Below, one piece after another: positions 16,694 to 25,629 of a stretch of DNA of 32,000 nucleotides. The notes beneath the pieces are model-generated. The model worked only from the letters and a program-made list of their open reading frames with translations. It ran no database searches and had not been told where the DNA came from. Both the position numbers and the translations under genes were made by a program. Position 1 is the stretch's first letter, and the number at the start of each line of letters is the position of its first letter. Source of the DNA: Kineococcus radiotolerans SRS30216 = ATCC BAA-149 (GTDB taxonomy: Bacteria; Actinomycetota; Actinomycetes; Actinomycetales; Kineococcaceae); contig NC_009664.2 in NCBI RefSeq assembly GCF_000017305.1, forward strand, positions 1,170,001-1,202,000, given 5' to 3'.

Positions 16694-17238
16694 GCGCTCG
16701 TCCCCGCCGGCTCGGCGGGCCCGGCCGGGGCGCCGTGCGGGCACACCGCGGGCCAGCCGCCCTCGGCGCGCAGCCGCTCCAGCGTCTCGTCCCCGAAGGG
16801 GTTGACCCCCGGACCGGCGGCCAGGGAGTGGCCGACGAGGGCGTGCAGGCACTTCACCCGCGTCGGCATGCCGCCGGCGGAGATCCCGGCGATCTCGGGG
16901 ACGTCGGCGTCGCCGAGGGCGGACCGGCGGCGCAGGTAGTCCTCGTGGGCCGCGGCGTAGGCGGCGGCGAGGTCGCCGTCCGCGGCGAGGCGCTCGCTCA
17001 TCTCGCGCATGACCCCGGCCGCCTCGAGGGTGCTGATGACCCCGGCGGCCGTGGGGTCGACGAGGTAGTACGTCGTGGGGAAGGGGGTGCCGTCGGGCAG
17101 GCGGGGGGAGGTCTCGACGACGTCGGGGCGCCCGCAGGAGCAGCGGTGCGCGACGGCGACCACGCCGCGCGGGACCCGCCCGAGGCGTTCGGCGATGCTG
17201 TCGAGGTCGGCCTGGGTGGCGGGGGTCGGTCCGGTCAC
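16690..17238 (-). CDS. DUF501 domain protein (Rv1025-like)
   Basis: The CSCGRPDVVETSPRLPDGTPFPTTYYLVDP and GGMPTRVKCLHAL segments match the DUF501 family. It is syntenic with eno, the ftsB-like gene and ppx. Confidence 0.8.
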   Translation of the reverse strand: MTGPTPATQADLDSIAERLGRVPRGVVAVAHRCSCGRPDVVETSPRLPDGTPFPTTYYLVDPTAAGVISTLEAAGVMREMSERLAADGDLAAAYAAAHEDYLRRRSALGDADVPEIAGISAGGMPTRVKCLHALVGHSLAAGPGVNPFGDETLERLRAEGGWPAVCPHGAPAGPAEPAGTSA

Positions 17239-17254
17239 GTCCTGCTCACTGGTC

Positions 17255-17893
17255 TCAGGGGGTGGTGTCGCTGCTGCTGGAGCTCGTCGCGCCCAGCCCC
17301 GGGGTGCGCGAGGGGGCCAGCTCGTCGGGGTTGCCCGCCAGCCGCAGGGACTCCCAGACGTTCTCGTACCAGGCGGCGGAGGGCTTCGGCACGGTGGTCG
17401 CGGCCTGCTGCGGGGGGACCTCGTCGGCGTCGGTCGTGCCGTCGACGACGTAGGGCACCTCGCCCGGCTTCACGTAGCGCAGCCGTTCCCGCGCCTGGGC
17501 GACGACGTAGGCGTCGTCCTGCCAGCGCTCCTCCTGGGCCTGCGCCGCGGCGAGGTCCTCGCGCTGCTGGGAGATCTGCGCGTCCAGGCGCCCGATCTCC
17601 GAGCGCTGCTCCAGCCACTTCTGCAGGCTGGGGAGCAGGAAGATCGCCAGCAGCAGGGCGACCACGGCCAGCACCAGCACCCGGGGCCCGCGGGTCCGGC
17701 GGCGGTCGGCCGCCGACATCGTGGCCCCGCTGCGCCCGCGGGCGGCCGGGGCGGGGCGGGTCGCCGGCCCGGTGGTGGTGCGGCGGGGGCTGCCCGGTCC
17801 CCGGCCCGCGCCGGGGCGCGGTGCGCCGCTGCGCCCCGCGGCCCCTCCCGTGCGGGAGGGGCTGCGGGGCGCGGTCGGTCGTCGCGAACCCAT
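17255..17893 (-). CDS. Septum formation initiator family protein (FtsB/DivIC-like, Rv1024-like)
   Basis: It has an Arg/Pro/Gly-rich N-terminal tail, a single TM (VLVLAVVALLLAIFLL), a coiled-coil (LEQRSEIGRLDAQISQQREDLAAAQAQ) and the motif YVVAQARERLRYVKPGE. ATG 17893 lies 36 nt after the eno stop with a GGGAGAAG RBS. An internal ATG at 17719 is possible. Confidence 0.8.
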   Translation of the reverse strand: MGSRRPTAPRSPSRTGGAAGRSGAPRPGAGRGPGSPRRTTTGPATRPAPAARGRSGATMSAADRRRTRGPRVLVLAVVALLLAIFLLPSLQKWLEQRSEIGRLDAQISQQREDLAAAQAQEERWQDDAYVVAQARERLRYVKPGEVPYVVDGTTDADEVPPQQAATTVPKPSAAWYENVWESLRLAGNPDELAPSRTPGLGATSSSSSDTTP

Positions 17894-17928
17894 GGGTCCA
17901 GCTTCTCCCGGTCGCCGCCGCTATCCGG

Positions 17929-19293
<1,365 letters not shown>

Positions 19294-19384
19294 CTAGTGG
19301 CAGGCGACCTGGCGGGATCGACCCGGGATCGGCGAGGATCGCGGGACGACGCCCGCAGCTCGACGACGACGGAGGGACCCCTCG

Positions 19385-19654
19385 ATGAGCGAAGCCGACA
19401 ACGCCTGGCGCCTCGACGTGGACGGCGCGCAGCACGAGGTCGACGTGGACGTGGCCGCGATGAGCGGCAAGATCGTCGTCCGGCTCGACGGGAAGGTGCT
19501 GGAGGAGGACCGGATCTGGTTCTCCGACAAGGTCTTCCGCTTCGACCTGGGCGGTCACGAGGTGCAGGTCGAGGTCGACCTCGCCTACGGCGGCTTCGCC
19601 ACCCGCTCCTCGCTGCGCCTCGACGGGCACCACGTGGAGCCGCTGCGGCGCTAG
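19385..19654 (+). CDS. Small hypothetical protein (89 aa) with an internal two-fold repeat
   Basis: A strong RBS (GGAGGGA) lies 7 nt before ATG 19385. The two related halves are GAQHEVDVDV...IVVRLDGKVLE and GGHEVQVEVDL...SSLRLDGHHVE. Composition is balanced, unlike shadow ORFs. Confidence 0.6.
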   Translation: MSEADNAWRLDVDGAQHEVDVDVAAMSGKIVVRLDGKVLEEDRIWFSDKVFRFDLGGHEVQVEVDLAYGGFATRSSLRLDGHHVEPLRR

Positions 19655-19666
19655 GGCCGCACCCGC

Positions 19667-20614
19667 TCAGGCGCCCAGCCGCTGCCAGCCGAGCCGTCCC
19701 GCCCCGACCAGCCCCGAACCGCGCGGCAGCTGCGACGCGGAGATCCTGACGTCGGCGAGGTGGGGGTAGACGGCCAGCTCGGCGTAGGCCCGGCGCAGCG
19801 GGTCCAGGAGGACGTCCCCGGCCGAGGCCACTCCCCCGCCGACGACGACGTCCTCGAGGTCGAGGAGGGCCGCGGTGGACAGGAACGCCGACGCCAGCGC
19901 CCGGGTCCCGGCGGCGATGACCGCCGTCGCGACCGGGTCGCCCGCGCGCGCGTCGGCGGTCAGCACCCGGGCGTCGACCCGCTCACCGTGGCGCCACCCC
20001 TGGGCCAGGGCCGCGCGCACCATCGCCGGCCCGCTGGCGTAGGCCTCGACGACGCCCAGGGCGCCCGAGCCCGGCAGCAGCTCGCCGTCGAGGACGACGC
20101 CGACGTGGCTGAGGAACCCGGCGTTGCCGGACTTGCCGGCCAGGATGCGGCCCTCGAGGACGATGCCGCCGCCGATGCCGGTGGACACGACGACCCCCAT
20201 CATCGAGCGCGAGCCCCGCGCGGCGCCGATCCACTGCTCGGCCGCGGCGAAGCACTGCCCGTCCTGGGCGAGCGCGGCGCTCACCTCCCGCCCCAGGACC
20301 CGCGAGGCCGCGCGGGCGACGTGCTCCACGAGCGGGAACCCGCGCAGGGAGACGATGTTCACCGGGTCGACGGTGCCGCGGCCGGCGTCGACGGGACCGG
20401 CGGAGCCGACGCCCACCACGTCGGCGACCTCGAGGTCCTGCTCGCGCGCGGCGGTGAGCACGCCGCCCACCAGGCCCTCCAGGGCGGCGGCGACGGCGTC
20501 CGGGCTGGTCTGGTCGGTGGGGACCTCGCGGTCCAGCCGCACGGTCCCGTCGTCCCCGACGAGGCCCGCGGCGATCTTCGTCCCGCCGATGTCGAGGGCC
20601 AGCACGTTCGTCAC
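19667..20614 (-). CDS. ROK family sugar kinase-like protein (no N-terminal HTH)
   Basis: The start is set at GTG 20614 (VTNVLALDIGGTKIAAGLV, the ROK/ASKHA phosphate-1 motif), 11 nt after the mazG stop. It has an internal VSTGIGGGIV motif. The upstream extension to 20932 is Arg/Gly/Pro junk. Confidence 0.85.
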   Translation of the reverse strand: MTNVLALDIGGTKIAAGLVGDDGTVRLDREVPTDQTSPDAVAAALEGLVGGVLTAAREQDLEVADVVGVGSAGPVDAGRGTVDPVNIVSLRGFPLVEHVARAASRVLGREVSAALAQDGQCFAAAEQWIGAARGSRSMMGVVVSTGIGGGIVLEGRILAGKSGNAGFLSHVGVVLDGELLPGSGALGVVEAYASGPAMVRAALAQGWRHGERVDARVLTADARAGDPVATAVIAAGTRALASAFLSTAALLDLEDVVVGGGVASAGDVLLDPLRRAYAELAVYPHLADVRISASQLPRGSGLVGAGRLGWQRLGA

Positions 20615-20625
20615 GACGCAGGACC

Positions 20626-21288
20626 CTACCCAGCGGCCCCCGCCCCGCGGTGGCGCTCGGTCTCGCGGGCGGCCGTCTCGAGCCGCCGCGTCGTCACCCG
20701 CAGCGCCGCCTCGGGGTCGACCCCCGCGGCGTGCGCCCGGCGCACCAGGTCCAGCAGCTCCCGGCCCACCGACTCCTCGTCCACGCCCTCGCCGGGGGCG
20801 GCGGGGGCGTCGAGGCCGTTGCGCTGCAACCGCCCCAGCACCTTGTCGGCCCGGGCGAGGGCGGGCAGCTGCAGCGGGATCCCGTCCAGCACGCTCTCCC
20901 GCACCCCCTCGGTCGCCTTGATGGCGTCCCACCCGGCCTGCAGGTCCTCCGCGACGGCCTCGCCGGCGAAGACGTGCGGGTGGCGGCGCTCCAGCTTGGC
21001 CACGATCGCGGCGGCGACGTCGTCGATCCCGAAGGGCTCCTCGGGGTCCTCCTGCGCGACGCGGGCGTGGAAGACGACCTGCAGCAGCAGGTCCCCCAGC
21101 TCGTCGCGCAGCTCGGCGCGGGTGCCGTTCTCCACCGCGTCGACGACCTCGTAGCTCTCCTCCACCAGGTACCGCAGGAGGCTGGTGTGGGTCTGCCGGG
21201 CGTCCCAGGGGCAGCCGCCGGGTGAGCGCAGGCGGTCCATGACGGCGACGAGGTCGAGGAGCGCGCGGCCGGGCACGGACTCGGTCAT
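20626..21288 (-). CDS. mazG: MazG nucleoside triphosphate pyrophosphohydrolase
   Basis: The segments RSPGGCPWDARQTHTSLLRYLVEESYEVVDAVE, ELGDLLLQVVFHA and KLERRHPHVF are classic MazG motifs. It lies downstream of mfd, as in mycobacteria. Confidence 0.9.
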   Translation of the reverse strand: MTESVPGRALLDLVAVMDRLRSPGGCPWDARQTHTSLLRYLVEESYEVVDAVENGTRAELRDELGDLLLQVVFHARVAQEDPEEPFGIDDVAAAIVAKLERRHPHVFAGEAVAEDLQAGWDAIKATEGVRESVLDGIPLQLPALARADKVLGRLQRNGLDAPAAPGEGVDEESVGRELLDLVRRAHAAGVDPEAALRVTTRRLETAARETERHRGAGAAG

Positions 21289-21325
21289 GGCCGCACGCTA
21301 CAAGCGCACCGCGGTGCGCCCCCGG

Positions 21326-22063
21326 TCAGGGCACCGCGGCGAGGACCCGGTCGGCGATGGCCCGGTGGCCCGCGTCGTCGACGTGGGCGCCGTCCGGCAG
21401 CACCGTCCCCGGAGCGATGACGTTCGGCTCCAGCAGGGACACGTACTGCGCGCCCACGACGGCGGCGGCGGTCCGCACGTCGGCGTCCACCGCCTCGGCG
21501 ACGGCGCCGACCGCCCGCGTCGTCGAGGGGCCGACGGCGATCAGGCGCGCCCCAGGCAGCTGCCGACGCAGCTGCTCGAAGGTCGCCGCGATCGCGGCGT
21601 CGACGGCCTCCGGGTCGTCCTGGTAGGAGGTGAAGTCGTTCTGGCCGCCCGCGACCACCACGACGTCGGGGGCGCGCGCGACGGCGGCGGCCACCTGCGC
21701 CTCGACGGAGGGGCAGAAGTCCAGCCCGCAGCCCTCCGGGCCGGAGGTGGCGACGTAGCCGGTCCCGCCGAGCCCGAGGTTCACCTCGTCCCACCCCCGC
21801 TCGCCCGCGACGAGGCTGCTCCAGCGCGAGGAGGGGGCCGAGGCCCCGCGTCCCTGCACGTAGGAGTCGCCCAGGAAGACCGCGGTCGGGCGCTGGGGGA
21901 CCTCGGCGGTGGGGGTGACCACGACCGCGCTGCGGGTCCGGGTGGACGGGACGGGCGTGGCGAGGCGCTGCCAGGCCAGGTACCAGACGAGGCCCGTGAG
22001 GACCGCCAGCAGGAGCAGCCCCAGCACGGGAGCCGCCCGGCGCCGCCCGCCCCTCCGCATCAC
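21326..22063 (-). CDS. SGNH/GDSL hydrolase family protein with N-terminal membrane anchor or signal
   Basis: Block I is FLGDSYVQG, block II GLGGTGY, block III VAGGQNDF and block V DGAHV. The N-terminus has an RRGGRRR + LLLLAVLTGLVWYLAW anchor. Confidence 0.8.
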   Translation of the reverse strand: MMRRGGRRRAAPVLGLLLLAVLTGLVWYLAWQRLATPVPSTRTRSAVVVTPTAEVPQRPTAVFLGDSYVQGRGASAPSSRWSSLVAGERGWDEVNLGLGGTGYVATSGPEGCGLDFCPSVEAQVAAAVARAPDVVVVAGGQNDFTSYQDDPEAVDAAIAATFEQLRRQLPGARLIAVGPSTTRAVGAVAEAVDADVRTAAAVVGAQYVSLLEPNVIAPGTVLPDGAHVDDAGHRAIADRVLAAVP

Positions 22064-22331
22064 GCCGCGACCCTAGTGGTGCGCTCCCCGCCCCGTCCCG
22101 GGAACGGGGCGGGTCGCCGCGACGACCTCGCCCCGCCCGCTCCCGCCGCGCGCCCGCCACCGGCACCGGCGCCCCGCTCGCCCGCCGGGGTGCGGCCCGC
22201 GAGGACGACGCCGGAGCCGGGGCCGTCACGGCCGTGGGACCTGCCGGGGGCCGGGCACCGCTCCGAACCCGGGCTGCGCAGGGCGCGGTGACCCGCTCCT
22301 CCACCGCGAGCGAGGCGCTCCCGGACGCACG

Positions 22332-22363
22332 GAGGCCCCGCCTCCTCGCAGGGGCGGGGCCTC
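22332..22363 (-). terminator. 11-bp GC hairpin just downstream of the xylanase stop
   Basis: GAGGCCCCGCC...GGCGGGGCCTC read directly, about 20 nt beyond the stop at 22384 on the minus strand. Confidence 0.45.
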
Positions 22364-22383
22364 GTGGTGACGTCAGGGACGGA

Positions 22384-25122
22384 TCACTTGCGGACGTCGA
22401 CCGTGATGCGGGTCGTGGTGCTGACCTGCGCCCCGAAGGAGTCCTGCAGGGACAGGGTGCAGTCGAGCACCGCGGTGCCGGTCCTGGTGGGGCGGGCCCG
22501 CAGGGTGAAGTTCCCGTTCTGCCCGGCCGGGTAGTTCCGCTGGGTCGTGTGCGCCGAGCCCGGGGCGAGTTCCAGCGCCAGCGGGGTCGAGCCCGCCGCA
22601 CCGGCGTTCACCTGGGTGCAGGAGTGCCCGAAGGTGCGCCCGAGCAGGGTGCCGGTGCCCTCGTTGCCGAACTGGACCACGACCTGCACGGTCTGGTTCA
22701 CGTTCGCCCGCACGACCGGACCGTGGTTGACCCGCTGGTACAGCTTCGTCGTGGTGGGCGGCGGGGTGACGACCACGTCGAACACGCCCGGGGTGGCCTG
22801 GTTGCCGGCCTCGTCGGTCAGCGTGCACGTCACCCGGGTGGTGCCGATCGGGAACTGCGAGCCGGACGCCGGGGTGCACGTCGGGCTGAGGACGCCGTCG
22901 CGGGTGTCACCGGCGACCGGCGGGGTGAAGGTGACCTCCGCCCCCGCGGGGCTGGTGGAGGACACCCGCACCGGGTCCTTCGCGGCGAGGCGGGGGATCA
23001 GGAAGTCCGCCGGGCGCGCGGGCAGCTTCGACGGGTCGACGACGCCCCAGTACGCCGGGGTGACCTGCAGGTCGTCGTCGAAGGGCAGCGGCCGCTCCCA
23101 CGGACGGGGGTACGGCCAGGTCCGCAGCCAGGTGCGGGCGTTGCTGATGCCCCAGAACGTCACCGACTCGATCGAGCCGGAGTGCTCGCGCAGCGCGGCG
23201 AACAGGTCGCGGTAGTAGTAGCCGTTCTCCACGCCGGCGGCGGCGTCGTCGGGGGTGGCGCGCTCGGGTGCCCCGGTGCTGTTGACGTCCGCCGAGGCCA
23301 TCTCCGTGGAGGTGCTCACGTCCAGCTCGGTGATGACCTGGGCCAGGGGGTGCCCCTCCTGCGCGCTGAGCTCCTCGACCGCGGTGAGGGAGTCGTCCAG
23401 CCACTGCACGGGGCGGCCGAAGTCGACGTGGGCCTGGTGCCCGACGCCGTCGATCGGCACGCCCCGCTCGATGAGGGAGGAGACGAGGCCGAGGTAGTCG
23501 GCTCGCTTCTCCGGCATCTCGGTGTTGTAGTCGTTGATGAACAGCTTCGCGTCCGGGAAGTACTGGTCCGCGAGGCGGAAGGCGTGGTCCACGAAGCCCT
23601 CGCCGAGGACCTGGAACCAGCGGCTGTCGCGCATGTCGTGCGGGTTGGCGTTGTCGCCGTCGGCGATGACCTCGTTCACGACGTCCCACGCCCAGATCGG
23701 GCTGTTCCCGTCCGGGTAGCGGGCGTTCACGTGGTCCGCGATCGCCTTGATGTGGGTCTCCATGCGCTGCTCGAGCAGGGCCCGGTCCGCCGGGGAGTTC
23801 GTCAGCGGGGTGCCGTCGGGGCGCTGGAAGACCCACGCGGGGGTCTGGGAGTGCCAGACGAGGACGTGGCCGTACACCTGGGTCCCGGTGGCGTCCGCGA
23901 AGTCGAGCAGCCGGTCGAGGTTGCCGAAGGTGAAGGTGCCCTCGGTGGGCTGGACGCTCTCCGGCTTGCCGTCGTTCTCCGGGGTGAAGGCGTTGAAGTG
24001 CTTCTGCACGAGCTGGGCCGGCCGGCCGGTGGTCTCGCGCTGGTCGAGGGCGACGCCGACGTGCTCGAAGCCCTGCGCGCCGAGGACGTCCTTCAGCGCG
24101 GGCACGTCCTGCACGGGCGTCTCGGCGAAGGGCTGGAGGGTGAAGTCGTCGATGAGGAAGGCGGCCCCCGCGGTGCCCTCGACGTAGACCTGCGCCCTGT
24201 CGACGGGGGAGCCCAGGGTGTAGGTGCCGCGGATGCGCGTCCACGCGTCGGCGGTGACCTCGGCGCCGGCGATGTTCTCGTAGGCGGTCTGGGTACCGGC
24301 GCGGTCGCGCTGGATCGAGAGCGTCAGCTGGGCGGGCGCGGAACCGGGAGCGAGCCGGGCCCACACCGAGGCCTCGACGGTGCGCCCGACCGCGAGGTTG
24401 GGCGTCACGTCCAAGGCGGGGCCGTGCCAGGTCTGGGTCCGGCCGCTGACGCTGAGGGCGCCGCCGCTGCGGCCACCGGCCGTCACGTGCGCGACCGTCG
24501 CGTCGCCGCGCGCGGTCCAGCCGTCGGGGCCGCCGTCGAAGGCGGTCGTGACGGGCGGGGTGGTGCCGGGCTGGACGGGGGCCGCGGTCTCACCGGTGAT
24601 GCGGACGTCGTCGACGTAGAAGGCCTGGGTCGCGTCGGGGCTCTCCAGGTAGAGCTCCAGCTGGCTGTTGTTCGCGGTCGCGAACTCGTAGGTGCCGCTG
24701 ACCCTGGTCCAGCCGCTGTCGGTGACGGCGACGCCGTTCGCCACGGAGTCGTAGGCCGCGGCGCCGCCGTCGGGGGTGCGGGCGACGGTCAGGCTCACGG
24801 TGTCGGCGCCCGTGCCGGCGACGAGCCGGACCCAGGCCTCGATCGTGTACCGACCGGCCGGCATGACGGTGCGCGCGTCCAGGGCGGGCCCGTGCCAGTT
24901 CGCGGTGCGGCCGGTGGCGAGCAGGCTGCTGCTGCCGCCGTGGGCCTGATCGGTGCTGACGGCCACCCCGGTGGTGCCGCGGCCGGTCCAGCCGGAGGTG
25001 CCGGACTCGAAGCCGGCGGTGTAGTCGACCGCAGCGGCCGTGGCCGAGGGAGCCACCACGGTGCCGAGCCCGGCGAGGAGGCCGGTGGCGAGCGCACCGG
25101 CTCGCAGACGTCGTTGTCTCAT
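22384..25122 (-). CDS. Secreted multidomain endo-1,4-beta-xylanase: signal peptide, 2x CBM22/CBM_4_9-like modules, GH10 catalytic domain, HYR-like domain, C-terminal beta-sandwich
   Basis: The start is ATG 25122 (MRQRRLRAGALATGLLAGLG...ATAAAV, possibly Tat-type RR). Two modules of about 150 aa have G(W)xxRG...WHGPALD...YVDD/LIDD patterns. GH10 motifs include WDVVNEV (acid/base Glu) and ITELDV (nucleophile Glu). The HYR-like segment contains GSQFPIGTTRVTCTLTDEAGN. The product is 912 aa. Confidence 0.92.
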   Translation of the reverse strand: MRQRRLRAGALATGLLAGLGTVVAPSATAAAVDYTAGFESGTSGWTGRGTTGVAVSTDQAHGGSSSLLATGRTANWHGPALDARTVMPAGRYTIEAWVRLVAGTGADTVSLTVARTPDGGAAAYDSVANGVAVTDSGWTRVSGTYEFATANNSQLELYLESPDATQAFYVDDVRITGETAAPVQPGTTPPVTTAFDGGPDGWTARGDATVAHVTAGGRSGGALSVSGRTQTWHGPALDVTPNLAVGRTVEASVWARLAPGSAPAQLTLSIQRDRAGTQTAYENIAGAEVTADAWTRIRGTYTLGSPVDRAQVYVEGTAGAAFLIDDFTLQPFAETPVQDVPALKDVLGAQGFEHVGVALDQRETTGRPAQLVQKHFNAFTPENDGKPESVQPTEGTFTFGNLDRLLDFADATGTQVYGHVLVWHSQTPAWVFQRPDGTPLTNSPADRALLEQRMETHIKAIADHVNARYPDGNSPIWAWDVVNEVIADGDNANPHDMRDSRWFQVLGEGFVDHAFRLADQYFPDAKLFINDYNTEMPEKRADYLGLVSSLIERGVPIDGVGHQAHVDFGRPVQWLDDSLTAVEELSAQEGHPLAQVITELDVSTSTEMASADVNSTGAPERATPDDAAAGVENGYYYRDLFAALREHSGSIESVTFWGISNARTWLRTWPYPRPWERPLPFDDDLQVTPAYWGVVDPSKLPARPADFLIPRLAAKDPVRVSSTSPAGAEVTFTPPVAGDTRDGVLSPTCTPASGSQFPIGTTRVTCTLTDEAGNQATPGVFDVVVTPPPTTTKLYQRVNHGPVVRANVNQTVQVVVQFGNEGTGTLLGRTFGHSCTQVNAGAAGSTPLALELAPGSAHTTQRNYPAGQNGNFTLRARPTRTGTAVLDCTLSLQDSFGAQVSTTTRITVDVRK

Positions 25123-25174
25123 GGGTGTCGATGCCCTTCGGGACGGGCCGGCGTCGATGCCGGTGATCCACTGG

Positions 25175-25193
25175 TTCCGGAAAGCTTCCGGAA
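25175..25193 (-). promoter_or_regulatory. Tandem TTCCGGAA palindromes (TTCCGGAA-AGC-TTCCGGAA), candidate operator 53-71 nt upstream of the xylanase start
   Basis: Read directly. This is an AT-containing palindrome in otherwise very GC-rich DNA. It is related to the motif at 7883-7900. Confidence 0.35.
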
Positions 25194-25629
25194 GGAATGG
25201 CGGAAGTAGAGCACCGGATCCGGGACCCGTCAATCGACCCGTCCGACGATCACCCGCCTGCCCGCCCGGGGGTGACGCCCGTCCCGGCCCAGCGCACCGG
25301 CCGGGCACGTCCGCACCGCCGGGAGGGCCGGGAGCGTGCAGCTGCGGGCACCGTCGACGAGACCGGCACGAAGCGATCCACCGGTGCGCCGGCGGTGCTC
25401 CGCAGCGACCGCATCGACGACCCGCCCCCGACGACGGCCGGGTGCGCCGCGGCCGGGCGGCCGGACCACCGGACCGTCGACCCCCGCGAGCGGATCCTCA
25501 GCGTCCACGTCCTCGACGCAGCGGGGTCTCCCACCCGGACCGGGTCCTGCGGGACGGCGATCCCCGTCGTCCGGCGGGCGTTCGGCCCGGCGAGCCCCGC
25601 CGTCGACCTCGGCCCCTGCCGCTGCGGCC

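Noticed and set aside
22234-25209. 991-aa plus-strand ORF opposite the xylanase gene
   Set aside because: It is antisense to a gene with clear GH10, CBM and HYR motifs. The product is Gly/Arg/Asp/Val-rich with no motifs.
25230-25508. 92-aa minus-strand ORF in the mfd-xylanase gap
   Set aside because: It is Arg/Gly-rich. Its third codon positions correspond to the less GC-biased first positions of the plus frame, so its coding signature is weaker. There is no RBS.
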